From Planctomycetota bacterium (GTDB taxonomy: Bacteria > Planctomycetota > PLA2 > JAEUHO01): a stretch of DNA of 64,000 bases. Both the position numbers and the translations under genes were made by a program. Location of the stretch: positions 156,049 to 220,048 of the forward strand of contig JBFWRP010000003.1 of the NCBI GenBank assembly GCA_050248855.1, in the 5' to 3' direction. A model generated the notes under the pieces. It was not told where the DNA came from, did no database searches, and worked only from the letters and a program-made list of their open reading frames with translations. Numbering within the stretch: the first letter of the stretch is position 1; each line of letters opens with the position of its first letter. Shown in pieces: positions 27,766-37,190 of the stretch.

Positions 27766-30700
27766 GTGATGGACCGCCGCCGCCCCTCCCTGCGCCTCCT
27801 TCCCCTCCTGCTGGCGGTCGGCGGCATGGTGTCCGTCGCCGTGTCCGCACGTGCCGACGACCCGCCCAAGAAGCGGGGTGAGTTCGACTTCGGCTCGCCG
27901 CCCGCCGAAGGCGATACCGCCGCACCGGGTGCGACGGCCCCCGAGGCGCCGATCGATCGCACGGAACGCGCCATCCGCGCCGAGCTCGACGAGCTGCGCG
28001 GCTGGCCGGAGCAGCGCAGTGGACAGCGTGCGGCCGAGGCCCTGTTCCTGCGTGGGCAGGATGTCATCCCCTACCTCGTCGAGGTGCTGAAGAGCAGCGA
28101 CGCGGGCATGCAGGCGATGCAGCCAGGAGCAGCCTGGGTGCTCGGCAAGCTCGGCGAGCCGGTGCACGTGCAGGTGATCCTCGGTGCGGCCGCCAAGCGC
28201 CCCAACGCAAGCCGCGCCGACGTCTTCTTCCGCGCCGCGTACGGGCTGAGCGACCAGCACGCCAAGGCCTGGCTGATCAGCTTCCTGGGTCTGGCCAACC
28301 GTCCGTTGTTCCGTCGCGAGGCCACGCAGTTCCTCGCCGAGCACGTGACGTCGACCGACGGGCCCGCCGTGCTGCAGCTGCTCGAGGGCCGGAAGGCCCC
28401 CGTGCGCATCGCCGGCTTGCAGCTGTTGCGCCCCGCGGGCGTGCAGGATGCCGACGCGCGCATCCTGCAGGCGCTCGCCGACTCCGATCCCGACGTCGCC
28501 AGCACGGCGGCCGAGCTGCTCGGTCGCGGCGGCGACGCGGCCATGACCCAGCAGCTCAACGAGCTCGCGCGCAGCGGCGAGGCCCGCGAGCGCGCCTACG
28601 CGACGCTGGCCCTGGCCGAGCAAGCGCGCGTGCGCATGACCGAGCCCTTCGAGGTCGCCACCCTCACGTCGCTGTCCGGCCAGCGGGGCCTGTCGCATCC
28701 GCTCAAGCTGACGCGCGCCGCGGCGGGCGTGGGCCTGGCCTTCGGCGCCGCGTCCTCGCGCGACGAGGCCCTGCTCGCGCTGCTCGACCAGGCCGTCGTC
28801 GACGTGCTCGTGGACGCCGTGGGCGGCGACCACTTCCGCGACTACGAGAGCGTGCGCGGACCCGCCTTCGCCGCGCTGCGCCGCCTCACGGGCAAGGACC
28901 TGCCCGAGACCGCCGTCGACTGGGCCCAGTGGTGGCGGGGCGCACGCGGCTCGTTCCGCGCGCGCCGCCCCCTCGAGCGCCTCGAGGCGACGGACCTGCC
29001 GCAGGCCTCGGTGCGCATCACGGTCGTCGAGGCCAACGGCCTGCGCCGCACGGCCGAGTTCGTGCCCGCGGCCGCCCCGACCCGCCCCAACGTGCTCTGG
29101 GTGCAGGATCCGGCGTTCGCCGCGCTCGTCGCGTTCTTCGAGGACCTCGGCATCTTCCAAGGGCCCGAGAGCGGCGAGGAACGCACCGACGAGCACGTGG
29201 CGGTGACGTTGTCCGTGGGCAACCAGCGCCGACGCATGGTGCTCACGCCCCAGGACGACACGGCGGAGCGGGAGCGCCCGACGACGCGCACGCGCATGCG
29301 CTTCGACGCCTTGCTCGAGGCCAACGAGTGGCAGACGTACGTCGACACCGACAAGTGGCTCGACCGGAAGATCTGGTGGGAGCGCAACCAGGAGGCCCTC
29401 GAGGCCGCGGGGCCCGACGAGCGCACCGACTTCCTGCGCAGTGCGATCGTGGCGTCGTTCGACGACCTGGGCGACGACCTGGCCAAGGCCCAGGCGCTCT
29501 ACCGCTTGCAGCGCCTGGGCGGCCGCCTCAGCGGACCCGAGGCCGCCGTGCTCGCGCGCGAGCTGGCCAGCGCGCCCGCGTTCGGCGTGATGGAGAAGGA
29601 CGGCCTGCGCTGGATCCTGCGCCAGGGCCATGGCGACGTGCGGGCCGAGCTGCTCGGCCTGCTGGCCGGACGCCCGGAGGACGACGCCCGTCGCGTGCTC
29701 GCGCACATCCTCATGGAGGGTGGCATCGCGGCCCTGAAGGAGTCGTACTCCGACCCCCGCGCGGGCATGCGCGCCGCGGGCGCGCTTGCGACGCGCCTGC
29801 TCATGAGCGGCGAGGACGGCGAGGTCGAAGAAGCCGTCCGCGAGCGGGCCAAGGAACGCCTGCGCCCGAGCCTCGAGGTGCTCGCGCTGGACGAGGATCC
29901 GCGCGTGTCCGTCGAGTCGCTCCTGGCCATGGCCTACTTCGGCGACCCGGGCGTCGTCGAGCGTCTCGAGAGCCTGTTCCGCGATGGCGACCTGGGTACG
30001 CGCCTCGAAGTGGCGCGCGCGCTCGGCTACATCCCCGGCAATGCAGCACACCCCTTCCTGACGCGCGTTCTCGCCGAGGAGCGTGGCGAGGGCAGCGGCG
30101 CGCTGCGGGCCGCGGCCTTGCGCTCGATGGCCCGCGCCGGCCACAAGGACGCCGTGCGCCTGCTCGGCTACTACCTGACCAACGACAGCGACCGCCACGT
30201 GCAGGAGGCCGCCGCCGAGGCGTTGGCCGAGCTCGGCTCCGCCGAGGCCCGCTTCATGATCGTCGACGAGCTCATGCGAGGGCCCTCGCAGGCCGATCGT
30301 CGCGCGCGTCTGGTCGACACGTTGGGGCGCTTCGACGGCGACGTCGTGATCGAGCAGCTGCGCCGGCACCTGGGGGACGAGAGCCCCGACGTCGTCGCCG
30401 CGGCGGCGCTGCGCGGCGCCGAGCGCGGGATGGGCGAGACGGTGCCCTACCTCGTGGCCCTGCTGCGCGGTGGGACGGCGTCCGAGAAGGACCGCGCCCG
30501 CGTGGCGCTGGAGGTGCTCACCTCCACGCGCTTCGACGAGCGCTCGCCCACGCTGCTCGCCGAGCGCTACCAGGCGTGGTACGAGCGCGAGCGCGTCGGC
30601 ACCGCACGCGCTTGGTTCCGCGACGCGCTCAAGCGCAAGGGCTACGACGTCACGGGCCTCGGCCTGTATGTCAAGGGCGATCCGGACGAGACCACGGTGC

Positions 30701-30894
30701 CGCTCTTCGTGCGCGTGCTGCGCGACCCGGATCCCGTGCTGCGCCGCAACGCCGCCAGGGCCCTCCACGATGTCGCCGGGCGCTCCTTCGGGGACGTGGA
30801 CGTGACGACGTCGCCGCGCCGGGCCGAGGAGATCGCCGCGCTGTGGGCGGACTGGTTCCGCGAGCGCGTGTCGGGCCTCGGGGGCGATCGGTGA
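27766..30894 (+). CDS. Large exported HEAT-repeat (alpha-solenoid) protein
   Basis: Signal peptide ending ARA; many HEAT repeats (VRIAGLQLL, TRLEVARALG, VQEAAAEALAELG, LRRNAARAL). Confidence 0.82.
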   Translation: MMDRRRPSLRLLPLLLAVGGMVSVAVSARADDPPKKRGEFDFGSPPAEGDTAAPGATAPEAPIDRTERAIRAELDELRGWPEQRSGQRAAEALFLRGQDVIPYLVEVLKSSDAGMQAMQPGAAWVLGKLGEPVHVQVILGAAAKRPNASRADVFFRAAYGLSDQHAKAWLISFLGLANRPLFRREATQFLAEHVTSTDGPAVLQLLEGRKAPVRIAGLQLLRPAGVQDADARILQALADSDPDVASTAAELLGRGGDAAMTQQLNELARSGEARERAYATLALAEQARVRMTEPFEVATLTSLSGQRGLSHPLKLTRAAAGVGLAFGAASSRDEALLALLDQAVVDVLVDAVGGDHFRDYESVRGPAFAALRRLTGKDLPETAVDWAQWWRGARGSFRARRPLERLEATDLPQASVRITVVEANGLRRTAEFVPAAAPTRPNVLWVQDPAFAALVAFFEDLGIFQGPESGEERTDEHVAVTLSVGNQRRRMVLTPQDDTAERERPTTRTRMRFDALLEANEWQTYVDTDKWLDRKIWWERNQEALEAAGPDERTDFLRSAIVASFDDLGDDLAKAQALYRLQRLGGRLSGPEAAVLARELASAPAFGVMEKDGLRWILRQGHGDVRAELLGLLAGRPEDDARRVLAHILMEGGIAALKESYSDPRAGMRAAGALATRLLMSGEDGEVEEAVRERAKERLRPSLEVLALDEDPRVSVESLLAMAYFGDPGVVERLESLFRDGDLGTRLEVARALGYIPGNAAHPFLTRVLAEERGEGSGALRAAALRSMARAGHKDAVRLLGYYLTNDSDRHVQEAAAEALAELGSAEARFMIVDELMRGPSQADRRARLVDTLGRFDGDVVIEQLRRHLGDESPDVVAAAALRGAERGMGETVPYLVALLRGGTASEKDRARVALEVLTSTRFDERSPTLLAERYQAWYERERVGTARAWFRDALKRKGYDVTGLGLYVKGDPDETTVPLFVRVLRDPDPVLRRNAARALHDVAGRSFGDVDVTTSPRRAEEIAALWADWFRERVSGLGGDR

Positions 30895-31472
30895 GCAGCG
30901 GTCGCGGGCCTCGGCTCGCGGTCGTGGCCCTCCTCCTCGTGGTCGCCGGCCTGGCGGGCCTGGCCATCGGGTGGCGCGAAGGCGAGGACGCGCCGGACCT
31001 CGATCGATGGCGCCCCCTGGTCGACGAGATCGCTCGCGCCGAGGGCGTGGACCCGAGCCTGTTGCTGGCCCTGGTCGCGGCGGAGAGCGGGGGCGACCCG
31101 GCTGCCGTCAGCCGTGCCGGCGCACGGGGCCTGGCGCAGCTGATGCCCGCGACCGCCGCCGAGGAGGCCGTCCGGCGCGGGCGGGCCGCGCCCACGCTCG
31201 AGGGCCTGCTGGACCCGCGGACGAACCTCGGCTTGGGCGCGTCGTACCTGAAACGCCTGCTCGACCGCTACGGGGGCGAGGAGGCCTTCGCCCTGGCTGC
31301 CTACAACGCGGGCATGGGCCGCATGGACCGTTGGCGGCAGCGCGCCTACGACCTCGCGCCGCGCGCCGTGATCGAGCGCGAAGCCTTCGACGAGACGCGG
31401 CGCTACGTGGACCGCGTGCTCGCGTGGCGCGCCAGCTACGGCGCTACATCCCCCCGTCACCCAGGGCCATGA
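30891..31472 (+). CDS. Membrane-anchored lytic transglycosylase (SLT domain)
   Basis: AESGG, GARGLAQLMPATA, ALAAYNAG, ETRRYV; GTGA overlap with the HEAT gene. Confidence 0.9.
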   Translation: MSSGRGPRLAVVALLLVVAGLAGLAIGWREGEDAPDLDRWRPLVDEIARAEGVDPSLLLALVAAESGGDPAAVSRAGARGLAQLMPATAAEEAVRRGRAAPTLEGLLDPRTNLGLGASYLKRLLDRYGGEEAFALAAYNAGMGRMDRWRQRAYDLAPRAVIEREAFDETRRYVDRVLAWRASYGATSPRHPGP

Positions 31473-33309
31473 GGAACTCCCGGTTCGTCGGGAACTCCTT
31501 CAGCTTGACGATCAGGGCGCGCATGACTTCCTCGGCCGGGAGACCGGTCACGGCGCGACGCAGGCGCACGGTCTGCGCCATCTCGTCGGGATGGAGCAGC
31601 AAGTCCTCGTTGCGCGTGCCCGAGGCGGGAACGTCGATCGCGGGCCAGATGCGGGCGTTGGAAAGGTCGCGGCTGAGCACGCACTCCATGTTGCCGGTGC
31701 CCTTGAACTCCTCGAAGATGACCTGGTCCAGCTTGGAGCCCGTGTCCACGAGGGACGTGGCGATGATGGTGAGACTGCCGCCGTCCTCGACGTTGCGCGC
31801 GCTGCCGAAGAAGCGCTTGGGCTTGGTCAATGCGTTGGCGTCCAAGCCGCCCGTGAGGATGCGACCGCTGCCGCCCGTCATGTTGTTGTAGGCGCGGCCG
31901 AGGCGCGTGATCGAGTCGAGCAGCAGCACTACGTTGCGCTTGAGCTCGACCATGCGCTTGACCTTCTCCATGACGAGCTCGGCCACGCGCACGTGGTTGG
32001 CGGCCGGCTTGTCGAAGGTGGACGCGATGACCTCGCCCCGCACCGAGCGGCGCATGTTGGTGACTTCCTCGGGGCGCTCGTCGACCAGCAGGACGACGAT
32101 GTCCACGTCCGGGCTGTTGGTCGCAATGGCGTCGGCGAGCTTGGTGAGCAGCACCGTCTTGCCCGAGCGCGGCGGCGCCACGATGAGGCCGCGCTGCCCG
32201 CGGCCCACCGGGCAGAACAGGTCCATGATGCGCATCTCGAAGCCCGTGGGCTCGACCTCGAGCGGCAGCCGCGTGTCGGGGTAGACGACGGTCAGGTCCT
32301 TGAACGGGATGACGTCCGCGAGCACGGCGGGGTCCTGGTGGTTGACCTCCTCGACCGTCTGCAGCGCCAGGTAGGCCTGGCCGGGACGCGGGCGGTGGGC
32401 CTCGCCCGCGACGTAGTGGCCGGGCTGCAGCCCGACGCGGCGCAGCAAGGCGGCGGCGACGTAGACGTCCTCCGGGTGCTGGCTGTAGCCGCGCTCGGAG
32501 CGGCGGAGGAAGCCGTAGCCGTCGGGGTGCATCTCGAGCAGGCCCTCGACCCGCACGGTCTCGACCTCGCCCGTGGGCTCGTCCGGGGCGGGCTCGCGGG
32601 GGCTCGGGGTGCGCTCGCGTCGTTCGCGCCGCGCGCGGCCACCTCCCTCGCGCACGGCGCCTTCGCGCCCGTCGCGCCCGTTGCGCCCGCCGCGTGCCGG
32701 CTGGTGCGTCACCAGGCGCACGGCAATGTCCGTCACGCGCTCCTGGTCGGCGACGGCGAGACCTTCGTCGCGGGCCAGCTGGCGCAGCGCGTCCTCCGGC
32801 AGGCGACCGAGATCGCTGACGTGGGCCTGCCCCCGCCGCACGCGGTCGAGCAGCTGTCGCGGGTCCTCGTCGCCGCGGACGGGCGCGGGCGGTGGCGCGG
32901 ACGGACGGCCGAACGCGGGGAGGTCGGCCTCGTCCGGAAGCGGCGGGATGTCGGCGCCAGCACCGTCGGCCAGGTCGGGACGACGCGCTGCCGGCAGGCG
33001 CCGACGGCGGCCGCGGCGAAGGCCCCCGGCGGCGGGGCGGTCCGGCATCTCGGCCTCGACCGCCTCTGCCCTCTCGGCCGGCTCGGCGCGTCCGCTGGCG
33101 GCGTCGTCCAGCCCCGCATCGTCCACCGCTTCGGCGGAGTCCGCCGCTTCGGGGGCGTCCACGTCGGCCTTGGCGGTGGCGGCCTTCTTGCGCGTCGAGG
33201 CGGTCTTCTTCTTCTTGGCGCCGGCGGACTTCTTCGTCGTCGCGCTCTTCTTCTTGGCCGCGCTCTTCTTGGCGGGCGTCTTCTTGGCAGTCTTCTTCTT
33301 CGCGGCCAT
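31444..33309 (-). CDS. rho: Transcription termination factor Rho with a long N-terminal low-complexity extension
   Basis: DGYGFLR, GRGQRGLIVAPPRSGKT, LVDERPEEV, FEEFKGTGNME. Confidence 0.96.
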   Translation of the reverse strand: MAAKKKTAKKTPAKKSAAKKKSATTKKSAGAKKKKTASTRKKAATAKADVDAPEAADSAEAVDDAGLDDAASGRAEPAERAEAVEAEMPDRPAAGGLRRGRRRRLPAARRPDLADGAGADIPPLPDEADLPAFGRPSAPPPAPVRGDEDPRQLLDRVRRGQAHVSDLGRLPEDALRQLARDEGLAVADQERVTDIAVRLVTHQPARGGRNGRDGREGAVREGGGRARRERRERTPSPREPAPDEPTGEVETVRVEGLLEMHPDGYGFLRRSERGYSQHPEDVYVAAALLRRVGLQPGHYVAGEAHRPRPGQAYLALQTVEEVNHQDPAVLADVIPFKDLTVVYPDTRLPLEVEPTGFEMRIMDLFCPVGRGQRGLIVAPPRSGKTVLLTKLADAIATNSPDVDIVVLLVDERPEEVTNMRRSVRGEVIASTFDKPAANHVRVAELVMEKVKRMVELKRNVVLLLDSITRLGRAYNNMTGGSGRILTGGLDANALTKPKRFFGSARNVEDGGSLTIIATSLVDTGSKLDQVIFEEFKGTGNMECVLSRDLSNARIWPAIDVPASGTRNEDLLLHPDEMAQTVRLRRAVTGLPAEEVMRALIVKLKEFPTNREFLMALGDGGM

Positions 33310-33386
33310 GCGCGTTCCTAGGCAGGACGCCACGCCCCTTCCGGGTCGGGCATCGCGGAAGGGGGAGGGGAGGACGAACGGCCGAG

Positions 33387-34046
33387 TCAGGCGGCCGGGT
33401 CGGCTTGCTTCGCCGGGCCGACCGGAGTCAGCGGGGCAGGGCCCACGCCGAGGTCGGCGAGCGCGCGCCGGATCTGCTCATCCAGGTCGGCCGGGCTGCC
33501 GGCGTTGTCCAGGATGCGGTCGGCACGTGCGCGCTTGCGCACCAGTGGACTCTGGAACCGCTCGCGTTGCGCGATCTGTCCGGCCGTCAGGCCCCGGTCG
33601 GCGGCGCGCTCCTGACGCAGCGCCTCGGGCACCTCGATGAACCAGAGCTCGGTGCAGGCCCGGTCGAGCCCGACCTCGATCAGCAGCGGGACGTCCAGGA
33701 TGAGCACGGGCGGGCCCTCGCCCCGGAGGTGGTCCTCGATGGCGGCCTTGATGGCGACCTGGACGGTGGGGTGGACGAGGCGTTCGAGGCGCCTCAGCAT
33801 GGCGGCGTCGCTGAACACGCTGGCCCCCAGCGCAACGCGATCGGGCTTGCCGTCGGGGCTCACGAAGCCAGGCCCGACGGCCGCTTCCAGGCGCCCGTCC
33901 GCCGCAGCGGCGGCCAGGGCGTGGTGGGCGATGCTGTCGGCATCGACGACGCGCCCGGGGCCCAGCGAGGCGAGCCGTCGCGCCACCGTGCTCTTGCCGG
34001 AGCAGATGCCGCCGAGCAGACCGATGACGGGGCGAGTGCGGAACAT
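33387..34046 (-). CDS. coaE: Dephospho-CoA kinase
   Basis: GLLGGICSGKST, DAD, LERLVHP, LDVPLLIE; AGGAGG RBS. Confidence 0.92.
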   Translation of the reverse strand: MFRTRPVIGLLGGICSGKSTVARRLASLGPGRVVDADSIAHHALAAAAADGRLEAAVGPGFVSPDGKPDRVALGASVFSDAAMLRRLERLVHPTVQVAIKAAIEDHLRGEGPPVLILDVPLLIEVGLDRACTELWFIEVPEALRQERAADRGLTAGQIAQRERFQSPLVRKRARADRILDNAGSPADLDEQIRRALADLGVGPAPLTPVGPAKQADPAA

Positions 34047-34203
34047 GGCGCTACCTCCTGGGCACTCCCTCGCATGCCTCGGCCAAGGGACGTGCCGTGC
34101 AGGCCGGCAGATCCCATGAAGGCGCTCCCCGGAAGGCAGGGCGGCCCGCAGGGACTCGAGTCCCGGCCGCGCTCCCCGGGCGCCAGGGTCAGGAGGGACC
34201 CCA

Positions 34204-34294
34204 AGGCTAAGGGCGGAGCGAGGGGGGGGTCAAGGGGGTCCGGTCCAATGTGGGGACGCCGAGGTTGACCGTCCGGTGACGGGTCGGCTACCCT
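34204..34294. promoter_or_regulatory. Divergent sigma70 promoters for coaE-rho (minus) and the 34442 gene (plus)
   Basis: Minus: TTGACC-18-TAGCCT (34233..34204); plus: TTGACC-18-TACCCT (34265-34294). Confidence 0.6.
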
Positions 34295-34441
34295 CTTGGC
34301 CGAGGGCAGGAGGACCGGACGGTTGGGGCGACCCGCCGGACGGCCGATCGTCCCGTGCGGCGTCAGGGAGGTGCCGACGGGACGTCCCGCTGCGCACCCA
34401 GTTCATCGACCCCGGAGTCCGTGACTCCGTCGGAGGAAGGC

Positions 34442-36145
34442 ATGAGGGCCCCGTCCCACCACCAATCGGGCATCTACCGTGGCAGCGAGCGGGGCGCGAG
34501 TGCGTGGCCCTTCATCCTGACGCTCGTGCTGTTGCTCGTGTTCGTCTGGCTCTGGTACGCCGAGACGGAGAAGAAGGACAACGCGCTCGCGGCCGAGAAG
34601 CAGGCGAAGCAGGCCGAGCTCGACGCCAAGAACGAGACGAAGCGCGCCATGGACGAGCTCGAGGCGCTGTCGCGCGTCGTCGGCTACCAGGACTCCACGT
34701 TCAGCGCCGGCGGTCGAACGATCAGCACCACGAATCGCGCCACGCTCGAGGCCCACGTCAAGCCCGACGGCACGCTCCCGGGTGAGACCGGCGGCAAGGG
34801 CACGCTGGCTGTGCTGATGGAAAAGGCCCAGATGGCCTTCACCCGCGCGGGGCGCATCCACACGTCGCAGATCGGCGCCGAGAAGGCGCTCGACTACTCC
34901 GTGCTCCCGCAGGCTTTCAAGGACAAGCTGCAGGCCTACCGCGATGCCTGGGGCAATGGCATCGGCGAGAAGCCCGTCCCTCCGACGGACGAGGACGACG
35001 TCGCCGCGATGGCCGCCTACAAGGACGAGATCGCGCAGTACGAGGAGAAGGCGCGCCAGCGCGACGAGGCGTTCGCCGACCTGGCCTCGGACGAGGCGTG
35101 GAAGCAGATCTCCGAGGTCGTGCGCATGCCGGCCGAGTGGGCGGGGCAGACGGGCACCGAGATCGTCGTCAACTACCTGCCGCTCCCCGAGGGTGGCGCG
35201 TACACGGTCGAGGCCCTGCTCGAGCCCCTTCCGGCCATGATCGACAACTACGAGAGCGAGATCACGGCCCTGCAAGCTGCGGCCGCCAGCACGATCACGC
35301 AGCAGGCTGCCGACATCACGGCTGCGCGCACCGAGCTCGACAACACCCGTGCCGAGCTGTCGCGGGTGCAGAGCGAGAGCACCCAGCAGATCGAGGCGGC
35401 CAACCGCACGATCACCGAGCAGACGGAGTCGATCACCCGCCTGCAGGATGAGAAGAGCACGGCGCAGAACGAGCTCGAGCAGGCCAAGGAGCGCCACAAG
35501 GGCGACATCACCAAGGTCGAAGCCGATCGGGACGCCTACCGCTCCGGTCTGGCCAACGCCAAGGAGCGCCGCGACGTGCGCATCCGCCGCGACGACCCGA
35601 AGGGCACGATGCTCGCGGTCAGCGACGCGATGGGCACCGGCGCCATCGACCTCGGCACGTCGGACAAGGCCTACGTGGGCATGGTCTTCGTCGTCAGCGG
35701 CTTGGACCGCGGCGGCAACCGGGTGGACAAGGGCCGGGTCGTCGTGACGCAGGTCACCGGTCCCCACTCGTCCAAGGTCCGCGTGCTCGAGGGCCGCGGC
35801 CAGATCGCCGGCGGCGACCGCCTCCACAACGCGCTCTACAACCCGACCGACCCCATCCACGTGTACATCCATGGCAAGCTCGACAAGTGGCCCCGTGAGC
35901 TGGCCGTGGCGCGCCTGCGTCGCCTGGGCGTCATCGTCCAGGAGCAGGTCGACGGCAACACCGACTACGTCGTCATCCCCAACAGCCTCGGTGCGAAGCC
36001 CGAGGCGGCAAGCGACGAGGAGTCCGAGGACGAGGAGGGCGGCGAGTCGGCGGCCGACCCGCTGGCGCAGCTGGAGATCCTGGCTCGTCGCAACGGCGCC
36101 GTGATCATGCCGGAGCGCCTCTTCGACACGCTCCTGGACTTCTGA
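34442..36145 (+). CDS. Membrane-anchored coiled-coil protein with a beta domain and a C-terminal BRCT-like domain
   Basis: RBS GGAGG; N-terminal TM helix; long heptad-rich region; C-terminal 'HGKL....RE.....LG..V...V...TDYVV....A...G..I..E..F'. Confidence 0.75.
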   Translation: MRAPSHHQSGIYRGSERGASAWPFILTLVLLLVFVWLWYAETEKKDNALAAEKQAKQAELDAKNETKRAMDELEALSRVVGYQDSTFSAGGRTISTTNRATLEAHVKPDGTLPGETGGKGTLAVLMEKAQMAFTRAGRIHTSQIGAEKALDYSVLPQAFKDKLQAYRDAWGNGIGEKPVPPTDEDDVAAMAAYKDEIAQYEEKARQRDEAFADLASDEAWKQISEVVRMPAEWAGQTGTEIVVNYLPLPEGGAYTVEALLEPLPAMIDNYESEITALQAAAASTITQQAADITAARTELDNTRAELSRVQSESTQQIEAANRTITEQTESITRLQDEKSTAQNELEQAKERHKGDITKVEADRDAYRSGLANAKERRDVRIRRDDPKGTMLAVSDAMGTGAIDLGTSDKAYVGMVFVVSGLDRGGNRVDKGRVVVTQVTGPHSSKVRVLEGRGQIAGGDRLHNALYNPTDPIHVYIHGKLDKWPRELAVARLRRLGVIVQEQVDGNTDYVVIPNSLGAKPEAASDEESEDEEGGESAADPLAQLEILARRNGAVIMPERLFDTLLDF

Positions 36146-36178
36146 TCCGCCAATCGGCGAGTCGAGTCGTCAATCCCT

Positions 36179-36213
36179 GCGAGCCCGGCGAGTCCGCCGG
36201 GCTCGCTTCGTTT
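36179..36213 (+). terminator. Strong hairpin / probable intrinsic terminator just upstream of tatC
   Basis: Perfect 12-bp stem GCGAGCCCGGCG-AGTC-CGCCGGGCTCGC then TTCGTTT. Confidence 0.65.
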
Positions 36214-36224
36214 ATCAAGGACGC

Positions 36225-37148
36225 ATGGCCGAGCCCGAGGACGCCCTGCCCCGGATGACGCTTTCGGAGCACCTGGACGAGCTCCGCCGCCGGCTCGTAT
36301 GGAGCGCCATCGCCCTGGGCGCGGCCATGCTGCTCTCGTTCTTCTTCTACGACCCGCTCTGGGCGTTCACCGTCAAGCCCTACGACGACGCGCTCTTGGC
36401 CGCGGGTGCTTCGCCGACCAAGCTCCAGGCCATCGCCCCGGGTGAAGGATTCCTCCAGATCCTGCGGCTGTGCTTCCTCGTCGGACTCGTCGCGGCAGGC
36501 CCGTTCGTGATCTGGCAGATGTGGGGGTTCATCGCCGCCGGGCTGTACGCGCACGAGAAGAAGGCCGTGCGCACCTTCTTCCCGATCTCGCTCCTGCTCT
36601 TCGCCTTGGGGATGCTCGCCGCCTATCTGCTGCTGATCCCCTTCGGCCTGCGCTTCCTGATCGGCTTCGACTCGTCGATGGGCGACGTCAAGTACAGCGT
36701 CGCGGCCTACCTGGACATCTGCGTGAAGATGGTGCTCGCGATGGGCTTCCTCTTCGAGCTGCCCCTCGTGATGCTCTTCTGCCAAGCCGTCGGGCTGGTC
36801 GAGCGGGCGACGTGGATCAAGGGCTGGCGACTGGCGGTCGTCTTCGCCTTCGTCGTGGGGATGCTGCTCACGGACCCCAGCCCGATCACCCAGATCATGA
36901 TGGCCGTGCCCGTGATCGGCCTGTACTTCCTGGGGATCTGGGGCGGGCGCTTCGTGGGCGAGAAGGCCGAGCGGTTCACGATCTGGAAGGCTTGGCCCCT
37001 GCTCGTGGCCGCCGCGGCCTACACGCTGCTGATCGTGGAGCGCGACCGGATCAACGACTGGTCCAGCCGCGTGTTCGGCGGCGAGGCCAAGGAGGCGCCG
37101 GCCGAGCCGGGGGAGCCCAAGCCCGCCGAGGGGGCCAAGGACCGCTGA
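36225..37148 (+). CDS. tatC: Twin-arginine translocase subunit TatC
   Basis: MTLSEHLDELRRRL, QMWGFIAAGLYAHEK, FELP. Confidence 0.94.
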   Translation: MAEPEDALPRMTLSEHLDELRRRLVWSAIALGAAMLLSFFFYDPLWAFTVKPYDDALLAAGASPTKLQAIAPGEGFLQILRLCFLVGLVAAGPFVIWQMWGFIAAGLYAHEKKAVRTFFPISLLLFALGMLAAYLLLIPFGLRFLIGFDSSMGDVKYSVAAYLDICVKMVLAMGFLFELPLVMLFCQAVGLVERATWIKGWRLAVVFAFVVGMLLTDPSPITQIMMAVPVIGLYFLGIWGGRFVGEKAERFTIWKAWPLLVAAAAYTLLIVERDRINDWSSRVFGGEAKEAPAEPGEPKPAEGAKDR

Positions 37149-37190
37149 AAAAGGTCCATGGCGGGGCGGCGTCGAGCGACCTTCCCCGCC

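Noticed and set aside
26002..30768. 1588-aa antisense ORF over recG and the HEAT gene
   Set aside because: Antisense shadow of strongly biased high-GC genes; the sense strand carries clear family motifs
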